Below, piece by piece: positions 25,466-36,687 of a stretch of DNA of 64,000 nt (position 1 is its first letter; each line of letters begins with the position of its first letter). Under the pieces are notes generated by a model. That model saw nothing but the letters and a program-made list of their open reading frames with translations. It did not search any database and had not been told where the DNA came from. The position numbers and the translations under genes are program-made. Source of the DNA: Tubulanus polymorphus (taxonomy: Eukaryota > Animalia > Nemertea). Where the stretch lies: assembly GCF_964204645.1 (NCBI RefSeq), contig NC_134030.1, positions 11,305,947 to 11,369,946 on the forward strand, given 5' to 3'.

Positions 25466-25894
25466 ACCGACGCCTACATACTAAAAATCAAGACAAATGA
25501 CATAACAAAAGACTTAAAAACATTAAATCATCATTTTGATTTTAGCAATTATCCCAAAGATCATGAACTATTTAGCAATGATAATAAAAAGATTCCTGGT
25601 AAGTTTAAAGATGAATTAGGGGGTGATGAAATGATTGAATTTGTTGGGATAAGAAGTAAAATGTATAGTTATAGAACAAAAGATCATGAAGCTAAAAAGT
25701 TAAAAGGAATAACAAAACATGTGGTTGATAAACATATAGAATTTCAAGATTATATAAAGTGTTTATATAACTCAATTGTAATGAAACATAAAATGAATTG
25801 TTTAAGATCAGAAGATCACGAGATGTACAATCATGAAGTTGAAGAAACTAGTTTGAATCCATTTTTTTATATTTTCCATATCTTCTTCTGTTAA

Positions 25895-26887
25895 TTAAGG
25901 TTTTTCATAATAATCGTTAAATAATAAATATAAATACATTTTCTTTTGTTTTGTGTTAAATGTTGACGGAATAATTGTTTTTATAATATCTTTTTTAGTT
26001 ATTTCACCATTTTTATTTTCTATTATTTTCATTTTTTCAAGCCATTGCATATATTCTGGTGTATGATCTTCTATAGAAAATATTTTAAAAATTTCATCTA
26101 GATAATTTAATTTTGGATCTATGAGAAAATTTCTAGTTTTTTCTTCACCCCATAAATTCTTTTGCCATCCACATTCATTACAAAATAACACAGTACCTTC
26201 TTGTCTTAAGGTCGCATAACTACATTGTGGACATTTTCGTTTATAATTTATTGGTAATAGATCTTCATTAAGCTCTTGGTATTTTCTTACGTTTTCTTTA
26301 TGTTTTATTGTTCTATTATGTAGATTTGAATTACTTGTTGTAATAATCAATTTACAATATTTACAATAATATGTTTTTCTTGTTAATTCATTATATTGTT
26401 TTTCTAACTTTTCAACTGTTTCTTTATTATCTGGTAACGTTTTCTCATATTTTATTTTTTCTAATAAATTATTTTTTCTTTCGTTGAATTCAGTTTCAAA
26501 TTTATTAGAAATTTTATCTATATGTGCTTTACGAAATTGATGATTCTCCCTATCTTCTATATTTTCAGGTCTATATTTTATTCGACAAGGCTCACAGAAA
26601 TGATCTTTTATATTATCCTTATCATAGAATAAGAAAGGTCTTTTCCAAATACCTTCAGGTTCAACTTCAACAGAATTACTTTCATTACTATCAACATTAG
26701 CCGTTGCGCCATTAATTCTACACTTCTCTGAATGTTTTTTAACATAATTTCTTGAGAATAATTTATTACATTTTGGACAGTTTAGTTTAGGGGGTTTATA
26801 ATTTTCATCATGTTTTTTCATATGTCGAGCCATATTACTTTTTCTTAGAAATTCACCACAAATTTCGCATGCTATCTTCTCATCCAT
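25895..26887 (-). CDS. Multi zinc-finger protein of the Polinton
   Basis: CEICG..RHMKKH, CPKC..KHSEKC, CEPC..HQFRKAH, CKYC..HNRTIKH and CPQC..CNEC. Starts with ATAAATG. Confidence 0.8.
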   Translation of the reverse strand: MDEKIACEICGEFLRKSNMARHMKKHDENYKPPKLNCPKCNKLFSRNYVKKHSEKCRINGATANVDSNESNSVEVEPEGIWKRPFLFYDKDNIKDHFCEPCRIKYRPENIEDRENHQFRKAHIDKISNKFETEFNERKNNLLEKIKYEKTLPDNKETVEKLEKQYNELTRKTYYCKYCKLIITTSNSNLHNRTIKHKENVRKYQELNEDLLPINYKRKCPQCSYATLRQEGTVLFCNECGWQKNLWGEEKTRNFLIDPKLNYLDEIFKIFSIEDHTPEYMQWLEKMKIIENKNGEITKKDIIKTIIPSTFNTKQKKMYLYLLFNDYYEKP

Positions 26888-26955
26888 TTATTTAGGAACA
26901 ATTTTATTAAAATTAATTTTTAGTGATGAGCGGTAATTTTTTTATGTTATAAATA

Positions 26956-27744
26956 ATGGTAGAATTAAAAGAATACAGAATATTTGTTGATTCTAGAAAA
27001 CTTACAAATTATAAATCACATAATTTACTAGTTCAATTAGATAGAGAATTTAAGAATTGTGTTGATTTAAAACTAGTAAATATAAGTTTATGTAACTCAT
27101 TTTACAATATATCGGATAAAACTGATGAACATAGAATCCTTTTTATTTTTGATAAAATTAGAAATAAACGGTTTCAACTTTATCTAACACCAGGATTATA
27201 TAATTTAGAAACATTAGCGCAAGAAATTAATCGGAAAGCTCGGATTGTGTTAGGTAGTGATTCTAAATTTTCAATTAGATTTATAAAAAGTGATAGTTCT
27301 GATAAAATTAAAGTAAAGTTTGATGATGAAAATATTAGTCCTGATTCATTGATGTTAAGAAGACATGCTTACGCGGTAAAAAAACCTTTTGCTAAACTGT
27401 TAGGAATTCCTCCAGATAAACTTATTGTTGGAAACATATACGGTATATCAAATTTAATACCTTTTACACATTTTTATATTTATTGTAATTTAATTGATCC
27501 TACAAAAACATTCGAAGCAACTAAAGATATAACTTGTAATTCTAGTATACTAAATATTTTACCATTGAAGAATGTTAAACAATTTGGAACGCAAATAAAT
27601 TATAATTTAGCTGAATGTGATTTTAAACCTTGTATTCCTCAATTTAACAATTTTAAATTAGAAATAAGAAATCATAATGGTTATTTAATTGATTTGAATA
27701 ATTTTCCTGTGATATATGAATTAGTTTTAAGATGTAGAGAGTAA
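26956..27744 (+). CDS. Minor capsid protein (penton, single jelly roll)
   Basis: Typical Polinton pattern: NSFYNIS, PGLYNL, KLLG, FYIYCNLI, and C-terminal LEIRNHNGYLIDLNNFPVIYELVL. Confidence 0.8.
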   Translation: MVELKEYRIFVDSRKLTNYKSHNLLVQLDREFKNCVDLKLVNISLCNSFYNISDKTDEHRILFIFDKIRNKRFQLYLTPGLYNLETLAQEINRKARIVLGSDSKFSIRFIKSDSSDKIKVKFDDENISPDSLMLRRHAYAVKKPFAKLLGIPPDKLIVGNIYGISNLIPFTHFYIYCNLIDPTKTFEATKDITCNSSILNILPLKNVKQFGTQINYNLAECDFKPCIPQFNNFKLEIRNHNGYLIDLNNFPVIYELVLRCRE

Positions 27745-27760
27745 TTTTTTCATTATATAA

Positions 27761-28111
27761 ATGAATATAACTGTTGGACCGAGTATATGTTTTGGGTTTG
27801 ATTTTAAACGTGTGAAAGAAATGAAATTTCACATTAATGATGTAATTACACAAATCAAAAATATTGCATTTTCTAATGAAACAACATTTAAGTATGAAAA
27901 AACAATAGATAAAGAAACTTTAAATGTAGAAAAGATTACTAATTTAATTAGAGAATCTTTAAGATTTTATGAATTAGATGAAGATTTTATCATCGATGAT
28001 ATTAAAAAAATAATAATTGAAATATATACAAATGAAACTAGTAATGAAATAAATGTTGAATTAATCATAAATAAGTTAACTAAATATTTTGAAGATAGTA
28101 ATTTTTTTTGA
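27761..28111 (+). CDS. Hypothetical Polinton protein
   Basis: 116-aa ORF with ATAAATG start in a tightly packed array. Confidence 0.6.
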   Translation: MNITVGPSICFGFDFKRVKEMKFHINDVITQIKNIAFSNETTFKYEKTIDKETLNVEKITNLIRESLRFYELDEDFIIDDIKKIIIEIYTNETSNEINVELIINKLTKYFEDSNFF

Positions 28112-28118
28112 TTAATAA

Positions 28119-28340
28119 ATGAGTGATAATAAGTGGATAATAACTGGATTATATAATGGCGCCTTACTATCAGTTGGAACTGTTGGTTATTCAATGGTAT
28201 TAAAAAAAGTATTTAAAATAGGAAGTGTTAATGTTGATAGATTTGATATAAATGATATCTTAAAATTAACATTAGCAGTTACTTTATCCAATTTAACTAT
28301 TGATTATTTGGAAAAACAAAAATATATTCCTCCCATATAA
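28119..28340 (+). CDS. Small hydrophobic Polinton protein
   Basis: 73 aa, two hydrophobic segments, ATAAATG start. Confidence 0.7.
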   Translation: MSDNKWIITGLYNGALLSVGTVGYSMVLKKVFKIGSVNVDRFDINDILKLTLAVTLSNLTIDYLEKQKYIPPI

Positions 28341-28364
28341 ATGCATAATTTTTTTGTTAAATAA

Positions 28365-28787
28365 ATGGCTTCTGCAATTATAACTATTATAGGATCAGCA
28401 ATTGTTAACGCTTTAGCATTTACTGGTGGTGGATATTTATTTAAACATATTGATAAAAATAGTTCATCAGGAGAACAAAGAAGACATAACTTAGCATTAG
28501 AGAAATACAATAAAGCAGCAGAAGAATATAGAGAAAAGAGGCAAAACTATATGGATTATATTAACAAAGAATTATATGATCAGAAGATTTCACATAGAGA
28601 TTTTCAATCAGTCGATGATGCAATGAGTTTATATAACGCGGTAACCAATAAAGAAAAATTACATCTATACAAACCTAAATTATCAGATTATTATACCCCA
28701 AGTAAAGAACAACAGAAATATGAAATAATTTGGATTTTAGGTGGAACAGTTATTGTTATATTTGTGGCGTATAAGTTTACTAATTAG
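28365..28787 (+). CDS. Polinton membrane protein (hydrophobic N-terminus, helical middle, C-terminal TM)
   Basis: MASAIITIIGSAIVNALAFTGGGYLF...IIWILGGTVIVIFVAY; ATAAATG start. Confidence 0.75.
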   Translation: MASAIITIIGSAIVNALAFTGGGYLFKHIDKNSSSGEQRRHNLALEKYNKAAEEYREKRQNYMDYINKELYDQKISHRDFQSVDDAMSLYNAVTNKEKLHLYKPKLSDYYTPSKEQQKYEIIWILGGTVIVIFVAYKFTN

Positions 28788-28807
28788 TATTTTTTTTTGC
28801 TAAATAA

Positions 28808-29238
28808 ATGGAAGATAAACTTGATAGTATTGATATTATTCCTCATGATATAAATAAAACTAAATTAAAAATATATTTAGAAAAACAAATATTAGAATTT
28901 GAAAGTGACTTAAAGATAAAAAAGAAAAAATATTTAAAAAGTAAAATTATATATTATTTGATTATAAGTGGTTCGGTTACAATTAGTTCTGTAATAACAT
29001 TTCTAGCAATATTCAGTCCATTAACACCTTTAGCTATATCAATTGGTGTGTTAGGATTAAGTTCAAGTGTTTTAACCGGTATAAGTAAATTAAATATAAA
29101 AAGTAATAAAGAAAAAATAAAACTAATATAAAAGAAATTAATAAATTATAGAATACACTAGATTATATAATAAGTTTAAATGGCCATATAAAAGTTGAAG
29201 AACAAGATACATTATTAAAAGAATTAATAAATTATTAA
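28808..29238 (+). pseudogene. Two-TM Polinton protein, 3' end disrupted
   Basis: Two adjacent hydrophobic helices. Coding-like sequence continues past the stop at 29131 in a shifted frame. Confidence 0.6.
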
Positions 29239-29254
29239 TTTTTTAATTAAATAA

Positions 29255-30633
29255 ATGGTAGATAGTTTTCCAAAAGCTTTCCAATATAATAAATCAATTA
29301 AATATAATATTCCAGCAATAGATTTTAATAAAGATATTACATATAGAAATGAAGTTTTAGATTCATTAACTAATTTAGAAATTTATGTTACTGAAACTAA
29401 TAATTTTAATGCAAAGATGGAAAATATATTCCATGTATATTTAATTAATTTTAAAAAATTGAAAGATGAAAAACAATGGTTATTAAAATCTAATATGAAG
29501 TATTGGCAGAACCAATTAAATTTTGCTGTTTATTGTGCAACAACAGGATGTGGAATGATCGTTTGAATAATTCTAGATATAAATTAATTCAAAGTTTATT
29601 TAGATTTCATACATACTTTCAAATCAGAATAATATTAAATGAATTAGAGTGCGCTTTACCAGGATCTAGATATTTTAAGGAATTAGATAATAATATTAAT
29701 TTATCAAAGTTTTATAAAATTTGCAATGAATTTAATATAGATATAAATAATTCTGATTTTAGAACAAAAATTGGAACAATAAGATCACTTCCTTGCCCTA
29801 AAAAGATTGCAGAATATTGTGCACTTCCCATACCATCTAATAGTTTTTATAATATCTATAGTAATAAATTAGGTTATGGTAAAATAGAAACTAAGGATTT
29901 AGAAACATTAAATTTCAATAAATTACCGACATTTTATGATAATTTAAAACAAGAAAACAATAATGGTTGGGTTTATTTCATTTTAGAAAATAATGAAGGT
30001 TTTACAAAATCAGGTATACAAAGAATAAATCAATCTATTAGAACTTATTTGATATGTATTTTAGGTGCGCAAGTTGAAACCAGATCCCCGATAATTGGAA
30101 ATTTGAATACATCATTCGATACACAAAAACAATTTAAAGTTTTATTTGAAGATTCCATACATAATGATAAAAATAGATCGATTCCAGAAAACATTGTAAG
30201 ATATCAAAATTATCTAGATAAATCACATATTAGATTAAATTATTGTATAGGTCCTAATCTATTAATTATTTCTAATGATTTAGTATTAAAGATGGGAAAT
30301 ATAATTGGTTATAATAATCTAATTAAAACTGCAACAATAAATAATTCATTTGGATTGAATGATATAAATAAAAAGATAATTACTGCTCCAAAATTAATGG
30401 AAGGTGAAAAAAATAAAAAACATATTCAATCAACAGAAACTAAAACTAAGAACATTAAATTGGATAATGACTCCAAAATAAAAGAATACAATACATCAGA
30501 AGATATAAAAACTGGTAAGATTCAACATGAAATAATTAAACTAAATGATGATAATAAATCCCATGAAAATACTAAATTAGCTTTAACTTGTATAGGAATT
30601 GTAATCGGAGGAATATTATATTTTAAATTTTAA
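29255..30633 (+). pseudogene. Conserved Polinton protein with C-terminal TM, frameshifted
   Basis: ORF 29255-29566 (WQNQLNFAVYCATTGCG) overlaps 29503-30633 (FRFHTYFQIR..GFTKSGIQRINQSIRTYLICILGAQ), with a shift near 29550. Only one ATAAATG start. Confidence 0.75.
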
Positions 30634-30649
30634 TTTTTTTATTATATAA

Positions 30650-31961
30650 ATGGATGTAGAAGGTGGAGAAGATATTGGAATGGATCCTTTTGATGAACCT
30701 GGTATAAGTGATGAACAACCACCTGATTTTGATGAAACAAGTTTTAATGACGGTAATGAGCCAGAATATAATAATAATTTAAATATGCCTGATTATATTA
30801 AAAATGCAAAATCACAATTAAATCCTGAAAATTTAGACCCAGATTTAGTAAAACAAGATTTAGATAATTTAAACAAAATACCTAAATTAGAAGATTTAAT
30901 TGAAAAATCTAAACTTAACATAAATGATGAAGACGTTGGACTTTTAGCAGATCAATTAAAATTTTTAGATAATGGTAAATGTTATTATCGTTTGAAAGGT
31001 GATTATTATATTGATATCACTTCTAAAAATAATAAAAAGAATATTAGCGGAATCAACTTTGAAAAGTTTAAAACCAGATAAAATTAAAATAATAAGTAAT
31101 AGTAATGAAATAACTGATGTTACACAAAAAGAAATAGATGATAATATAGACGTATTTAAACAAAGAATTAATGAATTATTTGAAATAATCAAAAAGAAAT
31201 CAGAAACAGAAACAACTTCTAAACAGAATATAACTTCCAAAAATAGTAAACTTAAATCAAATAAAGTTCCAATTGAAAAACTTTTACCGAATGGATTACT
31301 TGATGCAACAGATCAAGAATTAGAAGATTTAGATATATTTTCTGATAAATCAATTAGAGAAATTATTAGTATAAGACTTGCATCTGATAAAATTGCGCAT
31401 GATAAAAGTATAAGAGATTTTAAAATTAGAACTTTAGAAAAAGAATTAACTGATAAAAATAAAGAAATAGAACAATTAAAGTCTGATTTAGATCATCAAG
31501 TAATTGATGAAATGGAATATAGGCAAAAAGAATTACGTTTAGAAAAAGAAAAAGATGATTTAGAATATAACATAGAATTACAAAAAGAAGAAATTAAATT
31601 ATTGTTAAAATCATATGATTATAATATTAATAGATTAAAAGTTATTTTTAAAGATTTATTGATAAAACCAAATTCTGAAATATCATTGAAAGATAGAATA
31701 AAATTATTATTTAAGTTTGAAGGAATAACAATTCTTTCAATTCTAACAGCTGTAACTATGTTATTTACAACAATTGGTTTAGCAATATCAAATGCTTTAA
31801 AATCTACTCCTACTCCCAATAAACCAGATAAACCCCCAGATAATAATTCTATACAAGATAAAGTTAAAGATGGTATAAAGAAATTAGCAAAATATTTATG
31901 GGAACTATCTAAAAAATCTGCTGCATCTTTACTATTTTTTTGGGCTAGTGAATATGATTAA
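30650..31961 (+). pseudogene. Acidic N-terminus / coiled-coil / TM Polinton protein, frameshifted
   Basis: Overlapping ORFs 30650-31081 and 30999-31961 with a shift near the A-run at ~31035. Long charged coiled coil followed by GITILSILTAVTMLFTTIGLAI. Confidence 0.7.
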
Positions 31962-31991
31962 AAATAAATGATTAATTTTTCTGTTAAATAA

Positions 31992-33232
31992 ATGAGTGGG
32001 AGTTATATAAGTCCTTCTAAGATTTCTAGAATATCTAATGCTATTAAAGCAGAAAGATCACATCATATAATTACTCATAATCCTTCTAATATTAATCCTG
32101 ATGAAACTTTATATGTTAGAATTCCGAGATTAACACAAAATACTTTTTATGTTCCAAATAGTATTTATTTATCAGCTGATTTAAAAGTAACTGGTCATGA
32201 TAATAATTATGTTGTCGATAATGTTGGAAGATATTTGATTAAAAAATTAACTATAAAGATTGGTCCAGAAACAGTTTTCTCATTAGATGATTATAATCTA
32301 TTTATGCATTATAAAGATTTATGGTTAACTAAAGAAAATAGAAATAATATGATATTTCAGGGTATTCAATCGGAAAACCATAATAAATTAAGATCAGGAG
32401 CTAATGACGCAATAGTAACTCGTGCCACAGATAATTTGATTAAAAAGATTTATGGAAGCAATATAAAATTCCATTAGACTTTGAATTGATAAATAATAAT
32501 GCACCTTTATATAAATATGCAATTCAAGAAGATATTATATTTGAGATAACATTTGCTCCTGTAAATGAAATTGTATTATCTAGCGTTGTTAAAGATATGG
32601 GTTATAAATTATCGAATATATGTTTAGAATATAACACAGTAACTAATGAAAATATTGTTAGCACAATTCAAACTCAATACAATCAAGGATTTTCATTATT
32701 ATATGATTATATTGATAAATTTAAAACTGTAACTATTAATGCAAATGATGAAATAATTAATGAGAATATTAACTTCCCAAGAAGATCTATTAAAGGTATA
32801 TTAATATTTTTTACCATTGCAACATATTCTAATGGCGCAATAAAGGTTGATAATTATTATAATCCTGAAATAACAAAAGTAGAAATAACTATTGAAGGAA
32901 TAGCAAATAAAATATTTTGTCAAGGAATGAGAATGATAGATCAGTGGCCAGAAATTAGAAAACATTTTATGAATGAAAAAGTAAAATCATTTGAAAATTG
33001 TAATATTAATCAAATTGATTATTATACCGGCAATAAATACGCATTATGGTTAGATTTTAGAACAACAGAGGATAATTCATTACATGGTTCTGGAAAAAAA
33101 CTACAGAACACTAAAGATGGAATACAATTATTCATGAAAAAGAAAAGAGGAGACATTAAAATGCACATTTATATTATATCTGATGCACAATTAAATATTG
33201 TAAATTCACAATTAGATAGTATTCAATATTAG
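31992..33232 (+). pseudogene. Major capsid protein (double jelly roll), split by a 1-nt frameshift
   Basis: ITHNPSNI..LYVRIPRL; one added A at ~32460 restores KYKIPLDFEL; then LSNICLEY, FPRRSIKGIL, YALWLDFRT..LHGSG and YIISDAQLNI. About 413 aa in total, beta-rich. Confidence 0.8.
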
Positions 33233-33262
33233 AAATATAAAGTTAAAATTAACGATATATAA

Positions 33263-34390
33263 ATGGGAGGTAAAAAAAACTCCTAATACTAAAGAACAAT
33301 ATTTAAGAAATTTATATTACAACCCTGAGAGTTCGGTTGCTTATTCTTCTACCAAAAATATATGGCGTCAAGTAAAACAAGATAAATTAGATAAGATAAT
33401 CCCACAAAATTTAGTTAAATATAAAGATATAAATGAATTTATGTTAGAACAACCAACATACACAACACATAAAAAAATTGTTAAAAAATATAAAACTCGT
33501 AAAACTATGGTAAGTTATGTAGATCAACAGTGGCAAGGAGATTTAGTTGATATAAAAAATGTTAAGAAAGATAATGATGATTATTGGTGGTTATTGAATA
33601 TAATTGATATTTTTAGTCGTTATGTATGGAGTTTCCCACTTTATAGAAAAGATGCTGTACAAACATCAAATGTTTTAAGAAAATTTCTTTCGGATGATAA
33701 ACTAAAACCAGAAAAATTACAATTTGATGATGGAAAAGAGTTTGATAATTCACTTGTTCATGAACTCTTAGATAATCATAATATTAATTATTTTTCAACA
33801 AAATCGGATAAAAAAGCAGCAGTTGTTGAACGATTTAATAGAACATTGAGAACAAGAATGTGGAAATATTTTACAGCAAATAATACTTTTAAATGGATTG
33901 ATGTTTTACCAAAATTGATAGAAGGATATAATAATTCTTATCATTCTTCTATTGGAATGAAACCTATTGATGCTAGAAAACCTGAAAATGCTGAAATTGT
34001 TTGGAATAATTTATATGGAGCATTTCTTGTAGATGATTTTGGTGAACCTAAATTTAAAGTTGGTCAAAATGTTAGAATTTCTAAGTATAAAAAGATATTT
34101 GATAAAGGATACGATCGAAATTTTACTAGAGAAATATATAAAATAAAAAAGGTAATAACAACAAAACCATATGTCTATAAAATAGAAGATTTAGATAGTG
34201 AAGAAGTTGATGGCTACTTTTACGAAGAAGAATTAAGTTAAACTCCTGAAAATCTAGAACAAGAATATAAAATTGAAAAAGTATTAAAAACAAAAACTAT
34301 TAAAAGAAAAAATATTCTTTAGTAAAATGGGTTGGATGGCCAGATAAATTCAATGAATGGATATTATCAAGTAAAATTAAAAATATATAA
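33263..34390 (+). pseudogene. int: Retroviral-like (rve, DDE) integrase with C-terminal chromodomain, disrupted
   Basis: WQGDLVD, IDIFSRY, QFDDGKEF and KAAVVERFNRTL. N-terminal YYNP is reached via a frameshift in A8 at ~33273. After the TAA at 34239 comes YKIEKVLK..LVKWVGWPDKFNEW (chromodomain). Confidence 0.95.
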
Positions 34391-34999
34391 ATGAATAAAG
34401 AATTATTTATATTTGAGCCTCATAATATGTTAATATCTGGCGTAACAAATTGTGGAAAAACTTATTTTATATTAAATTTATTAGAAACTGTTTATGAAAA
34501 CTATTTTGATAATATAGTATTATTTTGCCCAACATATGAATTTAATCAAACTTATGATAGAAATATTACTAGAAATAATAAATTTATTATATTAGATCCT
34601 AAAACAGTAAAAGAAAATTTAGATAATTGTATTAAAATAGCAATTGATATTTATAAAGGATCAAATACATTATTCATTATAGATGATTGTGCTAATCTAC
34701 ATGATTCAAAAGTTAGAGAAAGTGAGTTATGTTATTTAGCTTTCTCTGGGAGACATTTCGGGATAACAACATGGGTTTTAAATCAAAAATATAATTCAAT
34801 TGTTAAAGACTTTAGGGAGAATATAAGATTTCTAGTTTTATTCTACAATAAAGATAGAAAATCAATGAAAAATGCACTTGAGGAAAATGATATTATTCCA
34901 CATGATTTACATAATGAATATATGGATAAGTTGAAAAATATTAAAAGATCAAAATTACTATTTAGATTACAACACCCATTTAAATATGAATTTATTTAA
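34391..34999 (+). CDS. A32/FtsK-like DNA packaging ATPase
   Basis: Walker A GVTNCGKT, Walker B LFIIDD, SGRHFG, LNQKY and REN motifs. Confidence 0.93.
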   Translation: MNKELFIFEPHNMLISGVTNCGKTYFILNLLETVYENYFDNIVLFCPTYEFNQTYDRNITRNNKFIILDPKTVKENLDNCIKIAIDIYKGSNTLFIIDDCANLHDSKVRESELCYLAFSGRHFGITTWVLNQKYNSIVKDFRENIRFLVLFYNKDRKSMKNALEENDIIPHDLHNEYMDKLKNIKRSKLLFRLQHPFKYEFI

Positions 35000-35000
35000 A

Positions 35001-35274
35001 TTCAACTAGCTTGTTAATCTAGTTGAATTCTAGTTACATTCTAGTTGAATTCTAGTTATTGGTAGTTGTAACAAAAATCAACTAGATTTAACAATATTTT
35101 AACTAGCTTGTTAATCTAGTCTAATTCTAGTTACATTCTAGTTGAATTTTAGTTGTTAGTAGTTGAAACAAAAATCAACTAGATTTAACTAGAAATAAAC
35201 AGAAACAACAATATTTCAACTAGCTTGTTAATCTAGTTGAATTCTAGTTGAATTCTAGTTGCAACATCACAACT
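35001..35274. repeat. Internal higher-order repeat of CTAG-centred units
   Basis: Three ~100-bp units beginning (C)AACTAGCTTGTTAATCTAGT, built from 11-bp TTCTAGTTGAA-like subunits. Confidence 0.9.
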
Positions 35275-35292
35275 AATTTTTTTGTTATATAA

Positions 35293-35898
35293 ATGGTAGG
35301 TGAAAAGAAAAGAAAATCTGAAAATGGTGATGTTCCAATTGAAAAAACTTTAGATGATTTAGGAATAACAGAAACAAAATTAACTCCAGATGATGGTGCT
35401 TTAAATAATGTTACAACAAATAATAATCATGAATATTATCTTTATTGTAAACATCAATTAGAAATATTAATAGCATCTGGAAAATGTAAAAATTTTGTCG
35501 GTAAAAATTTAACTTATAATGAATTAGATACAATGAAATCAGATGAAATTATTAGATTATTTAAGATTTATGAAGCCGCGAGAACAGCTAGAATTAATGA
35601 CGCGATATCAGAAAATGTAGTAAAAGGTTATAGTAAATTATGTAATTATATACTACCAATTGAAGATGAAAATAGATTATATTCCGATTTAAAAAATGAT
35701 TATTTAGTTATGACTGAATTAAATAAATGGATTGGATATTTATCATTTCAATTAGGTGGATTTATGACATTATTATCAACTGGGGTTATAACATTTTCAA
35801 ATATTGAAAGTAAAAATATTTCTATAATAAATGAGCGAGGTGGAAGAAGTGAAGGAATTAACTGTGAAGAAAAAACCGAGATCACAGAAACAAATTGA
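35293..35898 (+). CDS. Hypothetical Polinton protein with a hydrophobic segment near the C-terminus
   Basis: 201-aa ORF with ATAAATG start. Confidence 0.7.
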   Translation: MVGEKKRKSENGDVPIEKTLDDLGITETKLTPDDGALNNVTTNNNHEYYLYCKHQLEILIASGKCKNFVGKNLTYNELDTMKSDEIIRLFKIYEAARTARINDAISENVVKGYSKLCNYILPIEDENRLYSDLKNDYLVMTELNKWIGYLSFQLGGFMTLLSTGVITFSNIESKNISIINERGGRSEGINCEEKTEITETN

Positions 35899-36188
35899 AT
35901 GGTCTCGGCAATTAGGAATTAAATCACAAGAATATAAAAAAAGCTGTGAAAGAAAACATAAGTAATAAAAATGGTGAAAATATTGTTATTTCTACTCCTT
36001 CTGATAATAGAATATTTGATAAATATCTATATTTTACGGTTGGATTTGTAATTGTATTCATTTTGATTGGGCGTAATTGGTATAAGAAATCAAATAAAAT
36101 TCATGATATTAATAATTCTGAAACAACTGCTATCAAAAATGAAAATACTTCTGAAATTCCAAAATTGATAATTAAAAAAATGGATTAA
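35831..36188 (+). pseudogene. Small TM protein, probably frameshifted
   Basis: An ATAAATG start at 35831 (MSEVEEV..RSQKQIEWSRQLG) joins ORF 35946-36188 (YLYFTVGFVIVFILIG) through the A-run at ~35940. Confidence 0.55.
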
Positions 36189-36348
36189 TATTTTAGAAAA
36201 AAAGCAAAAAAATAATTTTTTTTAATCAATTGAATATTAATTGAATATCTCACTACTTTTGTCTATCTATGAGGAGCAATTAAATTGTCCAGATAAGTCA
36301 TTTCGGATTCTAGATATTCATTATTTTTATTAATTTATTTTTTTAAAT

Positions 36349-36674
36349 TTAATCAACAATTTCTAAATCATGATGGCCATCTTCATTTTTCCCATGATAG
36401 ATTATTTTAAATCCTTCTAAATCTTTTAATTCCTCTGTACTCAATGAAACCCATTTATCAGGTAAAAACACTTTAAATTCTCGCGATGTGCTAACATTAC
36501 AGTAGCTTAAATTCGCTGATACTTTTCTCCATATTTAGTTTTTATCTTTTCTAATTTCAATATTTTATGTTCAATTTCTTTTGTAACATCAACTAACTTT
36601 TTTATTTCAAATTGTTTTTTTGCTGGTTTTATTCTGTTATTTATTGTTGCTAAGAATGCTTTTCTATCTCCCAT
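36349..36674 (-). pseudogene. Small inward-facing Polinton gene next to the right TIR, disrupted
   Basis: TTATAAATG start, MGDRKAFL..KIKTKYGEKY, then a stop and shift near 36481-36520, then EFKVFLPDKW..IIYHGK..LEIVD-stop. Confidence 0.6.
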
Positions 36675-36687
36675 TTATAAGGAAAAC

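Larger units (their letters stand above)
21610..25894 (+). pseudogene. polB: Protein-primed family B DNA polymerase (N-terminal C2H2 fingers and terminal-protein region), intein-containing, disrupted
   Basis: ORFs 21610-22071 and 22165-23007 share a frame across one TAA (GSG..., SYIKLP..VINVQNEDNKC). The frame resumes at 23019 (RFLDSYRF), followed by YLKSDV, RGG, motif A YIDANNLYG, motif B KLMNNSFYGK and motif C YFD|TD split by the intein. After a 1-nt deletion it continues GKFKDE..RSKMY..KKLKG. Confidence 0.95.

Noticed and set aside
35001-35274. Viral repeat array as a CRISPR-like or spacer-acquiring locus
   Set aside because: The segments between repeats are themselves repeated, not unique.
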